DNA of 64,000 bases. Origin: Elusimicrobia bacterium GWB2_63_22. GTDB taxonomy: Bacteria > Elusimicrobiota > Elusimicrobia > Elusimicrobiales > UBA9959. Position numbers and translations under genes: made by a program. This document shows positions 1 to 9,277 of this stretch, piece by piece; positions within the stretch are counted from its first letter, which is position 1, and each line of letters opens with the position of its first letter. The notes under the pieces were generated by a model. It was not told the DNA's origin. It ran no database searches and was given only the letters and a program-made list of their open reading frames with translations. Where the stretch lies: contig MGUA01000012.1 in the NCBI GenBank assembly GCA_001799735.1, forward strand, positions 97,108-161,107, written 5' to 3'.

Positions 1-902
1 TCCGCCAGGGCGAAGCCCAGGTAGACGGCGGCGAAGACGGCGAAGCCGAAAGCCATGGTCTTGATCTTGCCCAGCCGGTCGGAGAGCCAGCCGGCCGGGG
101 AGGCCAGCAGGGCGTAGACCAGGTTGTAGCCGGTGTAGGCGAGGATGATCCCGGTGAGGCTGAACCCCAGCTCCCTGGCTTTCATGATCAGGAAAACGTC
201 GCTGGAATTGCCCAGTGCGAAGACGGCGTAAAGGGCCACGAAAGTCTTGAAGTCCCGGCTCATAGGCTCGGGAGCGGGAGCGGGCGCGCCGGCGGGACGG
301 GGGCGGACGCCTTCCTTTACGAAATACACCAGCACACCTACGCCCAGCAGGGCCGGCACGAAGGCCGCCAGGAAGATGAACCGGTAATCCGGTTTTTCCG
401 AGCCCATGAAGTGTATCATCGCCAGCGCCGTGAGCGGGCCCAGCGCGGCGCCCAGCGTGTCCATGGCGCGGTGGAAGCCGAAGGCCTTGCCCCAGTGCGC
501 CTTGTCGACGGAGCCGGCGATCAGCGCGTCGCGCGCCGAGGTGCGCAGGCCCTTGCCTACGCGGTCGATAAAGCGCGAGAACAGCACGAAGTGCCAGCCC
601 GCGGCCAGCGCGAGCAGGGGTTTGGAAATGGCCGAGAGGGAGTAGCCGGCTACCACGAAAGGCTTGCGGACGTTGTACCGGTCCGAGAGGCGGCCGCCGA
701 GGATCTTGACGAAGCTGGCCGTGGCCTCGGCCACGCCCTCTATCAGGCCCACCACCTGCATGGGGGCGCCGAGCACCGAGGTCAGGAAGACCGGCACTAT
801 GGGGTAGAGCATCTCGCTGGAGATGTCGGTGAGGCCGCTGACCACGCCGAGAAAAGTGACGTTGCGGCTGAGCCCGCTCCTCATGTCCTTGAAAAAGCCC
901 AT
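1..902 (-). CDS. MFS transporter, N-terminal ~300 aa (gene continues past the left window edge)
   Basis: Absent from the ORF track because it has no stop inside the window. Manual minus-strand translation from ATG at 902-900 gives MGFFKDMRSGLSRNVTFLGVVSGLTDISSEMLYPIVPVFLTSVLGAPMQVVGLIEGVAEATASFVKILGGRLSDRYNVRKPF... This shows successive hydrophobic helices and the MFS loop motif G-x-L-S-D-R. The start lies 2 nt after the feoB stop, so co-transcription is likely. The + strand ORFs 406-645 and 411-908 are antisense shadows. Confidence 0.75.
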   Translation of the reverse strand, partial: MGFFKDMRSGLSRNVTFLGVVSGLTDISSEMLYPIVPVFLTSVLGAPMQVVGLIEGVAEATASFVKILGGRLSDRYNVRKPFVVAGYSLSAISKPLLALAAGWHFVLFSRFIDRVGKGLRTSARDALIAGSVDKAHWGKAFGFHRAMDTLGAALGPLTALAMIHFMGSEKPDYRFIFLAAFVPALLGVGVLVYFVKEGVRPRPAGAPAPAPEPMSRDFKTFVALYAVFALGNSSDVFLIMKARELGFSLTGIILAYTGYNLVYALLASPAGWLSDRLGKIKTMAFGFAVFAAVYLGFALA

Positions 903-904
903 AG

Positions 905-2872
905 CTAGATGAATTTTACCAGGAGGTTGAGGGCCGAGGCCAGCAGCAGCGCCGCGGCGAAGTTCATGGCGAAAACTTTAGAGGAATCCGCCGCGCCCAG
1001 CTCGCGCAGCGTGACCATGAAGCTGCCCAGGCAGGGCAGGTACAGGCTCAGGAAGACGCTGGCCACCACGATGGACGCCGGGGCCAGCGCGAACGGCGCC
1101 AGCATGGCGATGGAGACGTCCTTGCGCAGGAAGCCGAGCACCATGACGGAGACGGTCTCCTCCGGCAGGCCCAGCAGGCCCGTGACGGCCGGCCGGAAGA
1201 ACCGCGCCGCGCCCTCCAGCAGGCCGCTGTAGTCCAGCAGGCTGATCACCAGCACGCCGAAAACTATCATCGGCACCGCCTCGGTCAGGAAATCCTTTAT
1301 ACGGAAATAAAGTTTTTTCGCCAGGATATTGCAGCAGGGCGCCTGGTAAGGGGGGATCTCCAGGAACAGCTCCGGGGTCTCGCCTTTGAGCAGGCGGCTG
1401 AGCAGCAGCGAACTGACGATGCCCGCCGCCGCGATGGCCCCGAAGGCGGCGAGCGTGTACTTGATGCTGTAGGGCGCCAGCAGGCTGAGGATCATGGCCG
1501 TCTGCGGCATGCAGGGCGCCAGGCCCAGCGTCAGGGCTGTGGCGATCACCCTTTCGCGCCGGGTCTCCAGCACCCTTGTGGCCAGGATGGCCGGCACCTT
1601 GCAGCCCAGGCCCAGCATCAGCGGGATAGTGCCGTAGCCGTGCAGCCCCAGGCGGTGCATGGAACTGTCGAGCATCACCGCCAGGCGCGGCAGGTAGCCG
1701 ATGTCCTCCAGCAGGCCCAGCGCCGCGTAGAAGGAAACGATATAGGGCAGCACCGTGACGAAGGGGATATAGAGGCCCGTGGTCAGCAGGCCGAAGGATT
1801 CCATCGGGGCCGGGGTGGCGCCCAGCAGCATTACCTTGAAGAAAGTCCCGTCCTGCAGGCCGGAGAGAGCCGCGGTGACCAGCGGCATCCAGAGCGACTG
1901 GAACAGCGGGTCGAGCACGTGGTTGATGAGGCCTTCGCCGATAAAGCGGATTGTCCAGAAGACGGCCAGCATCACCAGGGCCGCGAAAGGCAGGCCGGTG
2001 TTGGGGCGGGAGGTGACGTCTTCGAGCTTCTCCAGTAGCGTGGCGTGCTTGTGGGTGATCTTCTGGCAGGCGGCCGAGATGCGCCCGATCAGGGCCCATT
2101 TCTCGTCGGGGTCGGCCGGCACTCCGGCGGGCGCGGGCAGGCGGCCGGCGTTAAAGTCCTCTACGGCGGTCTTAAGCCCGGAGAGGCCCTCGCCGGTGGT
2201 GGCTACGAAAGGCACTACGCGCAGGCCCAGCTGGCGCTCGAGCGCTGCGGCGTCAATGTCCACGCCGCGCCGGCGGGCGACGTCCCATTTGTTGAGCAGG
2301 ATCACCGTCGGGACGCCCAGGGCGGCCAGCTCCAGGGTGTAGAACAGGTTGCGCTCCAGGTTGGTGGCGTCGATGACGTTGAGTATGAGCGCTTTGTCCG
2401 GCTGAGCCAGGAGTTCCCGGGCCACTTCCTCGGCCTTGTTGGTGGCGGCGTGGCTGTAGGCGCCGGGCACGTCCACCACGGTAAAGCGTTCTCCGGCGAG
2501 CACGGTGTGCCCGGCCGTATATTCCACGGTGGTGCCGGGATAGTTGGAGGAGATCACCTCCAGCCCGGTGAGGCGGGAGAAGACTACGCTCTTGCCGACG
2601 TTGGGGTTGCCGGCCAGCAGCACTCTGCGGGACCTGGTCTTGACAGAGATCTTGCCGGCCATGCCGCGGCCCAGGGCGACGCGCGTGCCCATGACCTCCA
2701 CTACCACCGGCCCGCCCGAGCCTTCATGGGAGCGCTTGGTGATGTGCCGCCCGGCGTAAAGGCCCATCGCCTTCAGCTTGGCCTGGAAATTCTCTCCGCC
2801 GGCGACTTCGAAGATGTAGCCGGACTCGTTCTCGCGCATGGCGATCAGCGTGATCGGGGGGGAGGGCTTCAT
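905..2872 (-). CDS. feoB: Ferrous iron transporter FeoB with fused N-terminal FeoA domain
   Basis: 655-aa ORF. N-terminal FeoA-like SH3 segment (GYIFEVAGGENFQAKLKAMGLYAGRHI...VEVMGTRVALGRGMAGKISV). G-domain motifs GNPNVGKS, DVPG and NKWD, followed by a long polytopic membrane domain. ATGA overlap with the upstream regulator gene. Confidence 0.9.
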   Translation of the reverse strand: MKPSPPITLIAMRENESGYIFEVAGGENFQAKLKAMGLYAGRHITKRSHEGSGGPVVVEVMGTRVALGRGMAGKISVKTRSRRVLLAGNPNVGKSVVFSRLTGLEVISSNYPGTTVEYTAGHTVLAGERFTVVDVPGAYSHAATNKAEEVARELLAQPDKALILNVIDATNLERNLFYTLELAALGVPTVILLNKWDVARRRGVDIDAAALERQLGLRVVPFVATTGEGLSGLKTAVEDFNAGRLPAPAGVPADPDEKWALIGRISAACQKITHKHATLLEKLEDVTSRPNTGLPFAALVMLAVFWTIRFIGEGLINHVLDPLFQSLWMPLVTAALSGLQDGTFFKVMLLGATPAPMESFGLLTTGLYIPFVTVLPYIVSFYAALGLLEDIGYLPRLAVMLDSSMHRLGLHGYGTIPLMLGLGCKVPAILATRVLETRRERVIATALTLGLAPCMPQTAMILSLLAPYSIKYTLAAFGAIAAAGIVSSLLLSRLLKGETPELFLEIPPYQAPCCNILAKKLYFRIKDFLTEAVPMIVFGVLVISLLDYSGLLEGAARFFRPAVTGLLGLPEETVSVMVLGFLRKDVSIAMLAPFALAPASIVVASVFLSLYLPCLGSFMVTLRELGAADSSKVFAMNFAAALLLASALNLLVKFI

Positions 2873-3306
2873 GCCTTCCTCCCGGCCAGGGCTTTCCTCG
2901 CCGAGAGCAGCAGCGCGCGGCGCCCCGGGGCTTTAAGGAACAGGGCCAGCGCGCCCACGCGCCCCAGCGCTTCGGGGCTGAGCGCGTGCTCGGCCCGGCA
3001 GGCGTCGCGCTCCGCCAGGCCGGGCGGCATGGCCAGCACTTCCACGAAGAAATCTTTCAGCAGGGCGTGGCGGCGCGCTATTTCTCCGCCGGCCTTCTGC
3101 CCCGCGGGCGTCAGGCTGACGGCGCCGTAGCGCTGCTGGCAGAGCAGGCCGCGGGCGGCCAGGGTCTTGACGGCGGCGTTCACCGACGGCTTTGAGACGC
3201 GCAGCAGGCGGCTGATGGCGCTGGGCTTGGCGTAGCCGGTCTCAAGGGCGAGGCTATAGGCGGCTTCCAGGTAGTCTTCGAGGCTGGAGGAAAGTTTGTT
3301 CGGCAT
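2869..3306 (-). CDS. DtxR/MntR-family metal-dependent transcriptional repressor
   Basis: 145 aa. N-terminal winged HTH plus metal-binding helix pattern typical of the DtxR/IdeR/MntR family (LEDYLEAAYSLALETGYAKPSAISRLLRVSKPSVNAAVKTL...RRHALLKDFFVEVL). First gene of the operon, 4-nt overlap with feoB. Confidence 0.85.
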   Translation of the reverse strand: MPNKLSSSLEDYLEAAYSLALETGYAKPSAISRLLRVSKPSVNAAVKTLAARGLLCQQRYGAVSLTPAGQKAGGEIARRHALLKDFFVEVLAMPPGLAERDACRAEHALSPEALGRVGALALFLKAPGRRALLLSARKALAGRKA

Positions 3307-3324
3307 AAGTTAGGTGAGGATAAC

Positions 3325-3346
3325 AAAGTTAGCTCAACCTAACTTT
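3325..3346. promoter_or_regulatory. Candidate DtxR-type operator (perfect 8-bp inverted repeat AAAGTTAG-N6-CTAACTTT)
   Basis: AAAGTTAGCTCAACCTAACTTT lies 19-40 bp upstream of the regulator start codon (3306, minus strand). It shares the GTTAG...CTAAC core of known DtxR/IdeR boxes. A further half-site-like AAGTTAGGT sits at 3307-3315. Confidence 0.45.
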
Positions 3347-3395
3347 AGCAAAACAAGGGGGCCGTGCGCAAGCCGGCCCGTATGCGGGGCGCCGG

Positions 3396-3581
3396 TTAGC
3401 TGCAGGCGCCCGTCAGGCAGGGGATGTAGGAGGGGAAGTTGACGACTATAAGGTACAGGGCGCCCGCGCAGGCGGCGAAGATGGCCAGGGAAAGGACCAG
3501 GCCGATCAGCGGGTGCCGTTTTATGAAATTCCAGTAGATTTGCAGCAGCTGCGCTATGTTTTTCCTCATAATGTCGCTCAC
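3396..3581 (-). CDS. Small hypothetical membrane protein (61 aa)
   Basis: One clear hydrophobic helix (LIGLVLSLAIFAACAGALYLIVV) and a Cys-containing tail. 4-nt overlap with the stop of the upstream dehydrogenase gene suggests translational coupling. No recognisable family. Confidence 0.4.
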   Translation of the reverse strand: MSDIMRKNIAQLLQIYWNFIKRHPLIGLVLSLAIFAACAGALYLIVVNFPSYIPCLTGACS

Positions 3582-4462
3582 CTCAGGGGTTCGGTCAGGT
3601 TGGAGAGGATCACGCTCAGGTCCTTCTCGCCGTAGCCGCTATTATAGGATTTAGAGAGCAGGCTTTCCACGGCGGCGGTCACCGGCAGCTCCATTTTCTT
3701 CTTCGCGGCCTCGGCCAGCATGAACCGGGCGTCCTTGAGCATGTGCTTGAGCGGGAAAGCCGGGGGGAAGTCCTTGTTGAGGATATTGTCCTTCTTGAGC
3801 GCGAAATAGCCGCAGTTCATGACGGGGTTCTTCTCCAGGGCTTCGAACACCAGAGCTGGCGCTATGCCCTGCGCCTCGGCCAGCGCGGCCGCCTCGGCCA
3901 GGGCCGTGGTGAGCTGCGCCACCACCAGGTTGACGCAGAGCTTGAGCGCGGTGCCGGCGGGGGGCTGTCCGGCGTAGATTATTGCCCGGCTCATGGCTTT
4001 CAGCACCGGGGAGAGTTTTTCCAGCAGCGGCTTTTCGCCGGCGGCCAGCAGCACCAGCTGGGCCTTTTCGGCGGCGCCCTTGGAGCCGGAGACCGGGCAG
4101 TCGAGGAATCCCACGCCGGCCGTGTAGCATTTCTTCGCCAGCGCGGCGGTGTAATCCGGCGAGAGGGTGCTCATGTTGATCAGGGTGTTGCCGCCGGCGA
4201 AGGCGGAGATGACGCCCTCCGGGCCTTCCATCACGGCGTCCATGGCGGCGTTGTCGGCCACCATGGTGATCACCAGGTCGCACATCTTGGCCAGCGCGCG
4301 CGGCGTGGAGGCCGTCTGGCAGCCGAGGTCGGCGAACTCCGTGGTGCGCTGGCGGGTGCGGTTGTAGACCGAGACCTGGAAGCCGGCCTTGACGAGGTTG
4401 AGGGCCATGGCCCTGCCCATGATGCCGAGGCCGATAAAACCTATCCGGGGGGGAACGCTCAT
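3578..4462 (-). CDS. NAD(P)-dependent beta-hydroxyacid dehydrogenase (3-hydroxyisobutyrate / 6-phosphogluconate dehydrogenase-like)
   Basis: 294 aa. N-terminal Rossmann motif IGFIGLGIMGRAMALNLVKAGFQVSVYNRT and a C-terminal all-helical domain typical of the family. AAGGAG RBS 7 nt upstream of the ATG. Confidence 0.85.
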   Translation of the reverse strand: MSVPPRIGFIGLGIMGRAMALNLVKAGFQVSVYNRTRQRTTEFADLGCQTASTPRALAKMCDLVITMVADNAAMDAVMEGPEGVISAFAGGNTLINMSTLSPDYTAALAKKCYTAGVGFLDCPVSGSKGAAEKAQLVLLAAGEKPLLEKLSPVLKAMSRAIIYAGQPPAGTALKLCVNLVVAQLTTALAEAAALAEAQGIAPALVFEALEKNPVMNCGYFALKKDNILNKDFPPAFPLKHMLKDARFMLAEAAKKKMELPVTAAVESLLSKSYNSGYGEKDLSVILSNLTEPLR

Positions 4463-4477
4463 ATTAAGCTCCTTATC

Positions 4478-5038
<561 letters not shown>

Positions 5039-5090
5039 CTGGATCGGCGGCCTCCCCGAAAGGCCTCCCTAAATGTTATTATATTTTATC

Positions 5091-6233
5091 ATGAGTTACT
5101 CGTTCATCGATAAACAGAAAGATTTTGACGAACTGTGCGTCAAGCTCGCCTCCCATAAGTACATCTCCATAGACACCGAGTCTAACAGCCTCTACGCCTA
5201 CAAGGAGAAGTTCTGCCTGATGCAGCTCTCCAGCGAGCATTCCAACGCGGTGATAGACACGCTCGCCGTGGACATCAGCCCCATCCTGCCTATTTTCGCC
5301 GACCCGGCGGTGGAGAAGATCTTCCACTCGGCCGATTCCGATATCCGCGTCTTCAAGGCCGCGATAAAGTGCTCCTTCGTCAATATTTTCGACGTGATGG
5401 TGGCGGCCAAGTACCTCGGCATCATAAAGTGCGGCCTCGACAATATGGTGAAGGAGTTCTTCAAGACGGAACTGAACAAGAAGTTCCAGAAGGCCGACTG
5501 GGGCCGCCGCCCGCTGACAAAAGAGATGCTGGACTACGCCAGCTGCGATACGGTGTATCTCAAGAAGCTGCGCGACCTGCTGGGCGCAGAGCTGGAAAAG
5601 AAGGGCCGCATGGAAGAGGCGATGAGCCAGTTCGCCCAGATTTGCAAGATCGAGCCTACCCCCATGCGCTTCGACGAGAGCGGCTTCCTGACGCTCAAAA
5701 GTGCGCGGCAGCTCAACGGGCGCGGCCTGGCCGTGCTGCGCGAGCTCTACATCGCCCGCGAGGTGGCGGCGATAAAGAAGAACACGCCGTCTTTCAAGGT
5801 GATCAGCGAGGACCTGATGCTGCGCCTGTCGGTGGCGCCGCGCGAGGGCCTGACCAATCTTTCTATTTTCAAGGGCGTCAGCGGCTACGTGCTGGCCAAC
5901 CACGGCGCCTGGATCCGCGAGGCGCTGCAGCGGGGCCTGAAGGCGCCGGAATACAACGTGCCGCGCCGGGAGATCTCCCGCGAGAAGCGCGCCTATTTCG
6001 AGTCCATCAAGACCCGTTTCAAGACCCTCAAGCTCTGGCGCAAGGAGACGGCGGTCCGCCGCAACATGCTGCCGGAGTCTATCCTGGGCAACGACGTGCT
6101 GGAGCGGGTGGCCCTGTCCCAGCCCAAGTCGCTCGAGGACCTGCTGGCCATCAAAGGCCTCGGCGCCGAAAAAGTCTCCCTCTACGGCTCCGAACTCCTC
6201 GCCTTCGTCAAAAAACACCACCCCAATAAATAG
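5091..6233 (+). CDS. rnd: Ribonuclease D (DEDDy 3'-5' exonuclease + HRDC domain)
   Basis: ExoI motif ISIDTESNSL, ExoII HSADSDIRVF, ExoIII YASCDTVYL, and a C-terminal HRDC-like helical region (ILGNDVLERVALSQPKSLEDLLAIKGLG). The track starts the ORF at 5073. ATG at 5091 (MSYSFIDKQ) is equally possible. Confidence 0.8.
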   Translation: MSYSFIDKQKDFDELCVKLASHKYISIDTESNSLYAYKEKFCLMQLSSEHSNAVIDTLAVDISPILPIFADPAVEKIFHSADSDIRVFKAAIKCSFVNIFDVMVAAKYLGIIKCGLDNMVKEFFKTELNKKFQKADWGRRPLTKEMLDYASCDTVYLKKLRDLLGAELEKKGRMEEAMSQFAQICKIEPTPMRFDESGFLTLKSARQLNGRGLAVLRELYIAREVAAIKKNTPSFKVISEDLMLRLSVAPREGLTNLSIFKGVSGYVLANHGAWIREALQRGLKAPEYNVPRREISREKRAYFESIKTRFKTLKLWRKETAVRRNMLPESILGNDVLERVALSQPKSLEDLLAIKGLGAEKVSLYGSELLAFVKKHHPNK

Positions 6234-6429
6234 CCTCGCGGTCAGGCTTGCCGCTCGCTCATAAGCGGGCGCGGCCGAAGAGGGCCTGCGGTCCTCCGCC
6301 GGCCTCGAACTCGCTCGGCACACAGTGCCTCGCTCAAACAATCTCGGCCGCAGCCCTAATGATAGGCTGTCCGCTGCGGACCTTGGCCCTGCGCCCTAAA
6401 ATCGCTCACGTCAAGCCTGACCGCGAGGC
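6233..6429. repeat. Perfect 18-bp long-range inverted repeat enclosing nested hairpins (noncoding)
   Basis: GCCTCGCGGTCAGGCTTG (6233-6250, begins in the rnd stop codon) is the exact reverse complement of CAAGCCTGACCGCGAGGC (6412-6429). Inside are smaller hairpins (GGCAC-ACA-GTGCC; CCGCAGC...GCTGCGG containing CCTA-ATGA-TAGG) and four TCGCTC motifs (6255, 6311, 6330, 6402). Confidence 0.6.
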
Positions 6430-6461
6430 ACCCTCCAACTATGGCGGTTCCGGCCTGACGC

Positions 6462-6576
6462 GGGTATAGGGGGTGGCAAAACCCTGTCGGAGGCCGAGGC
6501 TTGCGTAAGCGCCGAGGCCGAGACGGGGAGTGGCGAGCACGGTGTGCGAGACCACGTTTTTGACAACCCCTATGCC
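6462..6576. repeat. Imperfect ~21-bp inverted repeat enclosing a GC-rich structured segment (noncoding)
   Basis: GGGTATAGGGGGTGGCAAAAC (6462-6482) pairs with GTTTTTGACAACCCCTATGCCC (6556-6576) with 3 mismatches or wobbles. The interior has a GCTT-GCGT-AAGC hairpin flanked by duplicated GCCGAGGC. Confidence 0.45.
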
Positions 6577-6600
6577 CGTGGCAGGCCTGGCCCAGGCAGA

Positions 6601-8367
6601 TTAAAGTAACTTCTTTATGAGGTCCGGGCGGTTGATTTCGCGGAGGGCTTTGGTGATGAGGGGGCGGTTCTCGGGTTTGTAGTACTGGAGGAGCGCGCGC
6701 TGCATGCGGCGCTCGGTTTCTTTTTTGGGGACGTAGACCGGTTCGAGGGTGAAGGGGTCGAGGCCGGTGAAATAGATGGAGGTGGCGTATTCCATGGGGG
6801 CCGGCAGGAAGTCGTTGATCTGCTGCGGCCGGATGTTGCGTTCCTTCAGGAACACGGCGAGGTCGGCCATGTCCGCCAGCGTGGAGCCCGGGTGGGCCGA
6901 GATGAAATAGAGCACCAGGTACTGCTCCTTGCCGGCCTTCTTGGACTCGGCCAGGAACCTGTCCGCGAATTCCTTGAAGACCTCCACGGAGGGCTTCTTC
7001 ATCACCGACAGCACCTTCGGGGAGATGTGCTCCGGCGCGACCTTCAGCAGGCCGCCGGTGTGGAAGCGCGCGATCTCGGAGATATACTCACCGCATTTAA
7101 GCGCCAGGTCCATCCGGATGCCGCTGGCCACGAAAGCTTTCTTCAGACCCTTCACTCCGCGGATGCGGCGCATCAGCGCCAGCAGCGGCTTGTGGTCCGT
7201 GTTGAGGTTGGGGCAGATGACGGGGTGCACGCAGGATAATTTGCGGCAGGCGTGGCAGACTTTCATGTCCCGCCCGCGCATCTCGTACATGTTGGCCGAC
7301 GGGGCGCCCAGGTCCGAGATATTGCCCGGGTGGCGCGGGGTCTTAAGCAGGCGCTGCGCCTCCTGCTCCACCGACGCCGGAGAGCGGCTCTGGATGAAGC
7401 GGCCCTGGTGCAGCGTCAGCGAGCAGAACGAGCAGCCGCCGAAGCAGCCGCGGTGCAGCACGATGGAATCCTTGATCATCTCCAGCGCCGGGATGGGCTG
7501 CCGGTACGACGGGTGCGCGAGCTTGGTGAAAGGCAGCCCGTAGATAAAATCCATCTCTTCCGTGGACAGCGGCAGGGCGGGGGGATTCTGCACCACGGCC
7601 TTGCCCTCGCTCTTCTGCACCAGCACCGCCGCGTTGAAAGGGTTGGAATTCTCGTAGATAAGGCGGGTGGCCGTGGAGAATTTTATGCGGTCGCCCGCGA
7701 CCTCCCCGGCGGTAGGCAGCTCCACTGCGCCCGGTATGGCCAGGGCCGCGGTTTCCCTGGCGCCCAGCGGATAGGCCGTGCCGCGGATGTCGCGCAAATT
7801 AAGTATTGTGTCCCCGGAATTCAGGCGGGTGGAGATTTCGCGGATCTGGCGCTCGCCCATGCCGTAGACGAGGAGGTCGGCCTTGGAGTCCAGCAGCACG
7901 CTGTGGCGCACCTTGTCCGACCAGTAATCGTAATGCGCGAAGCGCCGCATGGTGGCTTCGATGCCGCCGATGATTACCGGCGCGTCCGGGTAGGCTTCCC
8001 GCGCCCGCTGCGAATAGATGATGGTGGCCCGGTCGGGGCGCAGGTTGGGGAGGGCGCCGGGGGAAAAATCGTCCGTGGACCGCAGCTTGCGGTTGTGGGT
8101 GTACTTGTTGATCATCGAGTCCATGTTCCCGGCTGAAACGCCGAAGAACAGGCGGGGCTTGCCGAATTTCCTGAAATCCGCGCAGTTGTCCCAGCGCGGC
8201 TGGGCGAGGATGGCCACCCGCAGGCCTTCGGCCTCCAGCACGCGGCCCACCAGGGCCATGGCGAAAGAAGGATGGTCCACGTATGCGTCACCGGTGACCA
8301 GGACCACGTCCACGGCGTCCCAGCCGAGGGCTTTGACTTCCTGAGGCGTAGCGGGAAGGAAACTCAT
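6601..8367 (-). CDS. ygiQ: YgiQ-family radical SAM protein (UPF0313)
   Basis: 588 aa. N-terminal VDVVLVTGDAYVDHPSFAMALVGRVLEAEGLRVAILAQPRW, characteristic of the YgiQ N-domain. Radical-SAM cluster motif CFGGCSFCS. Family-typical conserved C-terminal extension. Confidence 0.9.
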   Translation of the reverse strand: MSFLPATPQEVKALGWDAVDVVLVTGDAYVDHPSFAMALVGRVLEAEGLRVAILAQPRWDNCADFRKFGKPRLFFGVSAGNMDSMINKYTHNRKLRSTDDFSPGALPNLRPDRATIIYSQRAREAYPDAPVIIGGIEATMRRFAHYDYWSDKVRHSVLLDSKADLLVYGMGERQIREISTRLNSGDTILNLRDIRGTAYPLGARETAALAIPGAVELPTAGEVAGDRIKFSTATRLIYENSNPFNAAVLVQKSEGKAVVQNPPALPLSTEEMDFIYGLPFTKLAHPSYRQPIPALEMIKDSIVLHRGCFGGCSFCSLTLHQGRFIQSRSPASVEQEAQRLLKTPRHPGNISDLGAPSANMYEMRGRDMKVCHACRKLSCVHPVICPNLNTDHKPLLALMRRIRGVKGLKKAFVASGIRMDLALKCGEYISEIARFHTGGLLKVAPEHISPKVLSVMKKPSVEVFKEFADRFLAESKKAGKEQYLVLYFISAHPGSTLADMADLAVFLKERNIRPQQINDFLPAPMEYATSIYFTGLDPFTLEPVYVPKKETERRMQRALLQYYKPENRPLITKALREINRPDLIKKLL

Positions 8368-8476
8368 AGAATAATGATAGCAAAAACCGGGAAAGGGCCG
8401 GGGGTTCCAATATTAATTTAATTATGTAATAATAGATATGGGGAACGCACAGTTCTCCGCACTTCTAGGAGGGAAA

Positions 8477-9214
8477 ATGAAAAAAATACTGCTTTCGCTG
8501 TGCCTGCTGCCGCTGCTCGCGGCCGGGGCCAAGGCCGATCCTTTTGAGGATTTCAAGGCTATTATCGCCGCCCAGGGCGAGGGCCTTCTTAAGCCTTTCG
8601 CCGCCGACCTCGGCGGCCTGATAGGCGCCAATGACTTCAATTCCGGCCGCTCGCTGGGCTTCCCCGGCTTCGAAGCCGGCCTGGCCGCCACCGTGCAGGC
8701 CAAGCCCAGCTCCGACAACCGCATTCTGCGCGACGCGGACGTGAAAGCGTTCGGCGTGCCGATGCTGCACGCGGGCGCGGCCCTGCCCCTGGTGGGCGCC
8801 GACGTGATGGTGCGCGCTACCGGCTACTCCGGCTTCTCCATAATCGGCGGCGGCCTGCGCTACGGCCTCATCAAGAGCGGCACGCTGACCAAGTTCATCC
8901 CGGACGTCGCGCTGTCGGCCTACTACGACGTGATCACCTACGACTATTTCAAGGGCAGCCATATGTCCTTCGACGCGTCGGCCTCTTTCGACATCCCGGT
9001 GATAAAGCCGTATGTCGGCGTGGGCATAGACCGCACCACCCTGGAGATAAAGAACGTCAACGCCGCCCTTAACGGCGTGGACGCCACCATCTCCAAGCCG
9101 CGTTATACCATCGGCGTGCGCCTTTCGCCGCTGCCGCTGCTCTACGTCTACGGCGCTTACAACATCCTGCACGGCCAGACCGGGTATTCCCTGGGCGCCG
9201 GCGCGAAGTTTTAA
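8477..9214 (+). CDS. Hypothetical outer-membrane beta-barrel protein with signal peptide
   Basis: MKKILLSLCLLPLLAAGAKA signal peptide preceded by AGGAGGG. Alternating hydrophobic beta-strand pattern, aromatic girdle residues and a C-terminal ...GAGAKF (terminal Phe), typical of OMPs. The track start at 8438 lacks an RBS. Confidence 0.55.
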   Translation: MKKILLSLCLLPLLAAGAKADPFEDFKAIIAAQGEGLLKPFAADLGGLIGANDFNSGRSLGFPGFEAGLAATVQAKPSSDNRILRDADVKAFGVPMLHAGAALPLVGADVMVRATGYSGFSIIGGGLRYGLIKSGTLTKFIPDVALSAYYDVITYDYFKGSHMSFDASASFDIPVIKPYVGVGIDRTTLEIKNVNAALNGVDATISKPRYTIGVRLSPLPLLYVYGAYNILHGQTGYSLGAGAKF

Positions 9215-9277
9215 AAAGAGTTGGGAGGCTGGCAGCCTTAAAACGCAGGGCCGCTCCACTAAAAAAGGAGACCAACA

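Noticed and set aside
406-908. Two + strand ORFs (79 aa, 165 aa) at the left edge
   Set aside because: Arg/Ala/Gly-rich, non-protein-like translations. They lie antisense to a convincing MFS transporter frame on the minus strand that continues to the window edge.
6248-6469. 73-aa ORF in the rnd-ygiQ gap, and the 74-75-aa ORFs at 40760-40991
   Set aside because: They coincide exactly with inverted-repeat/hairpin elements, have Pro/Arg/Ala-rich composition and lack an RBS. I interpret these regions as noncoding structured DNA or RNA.
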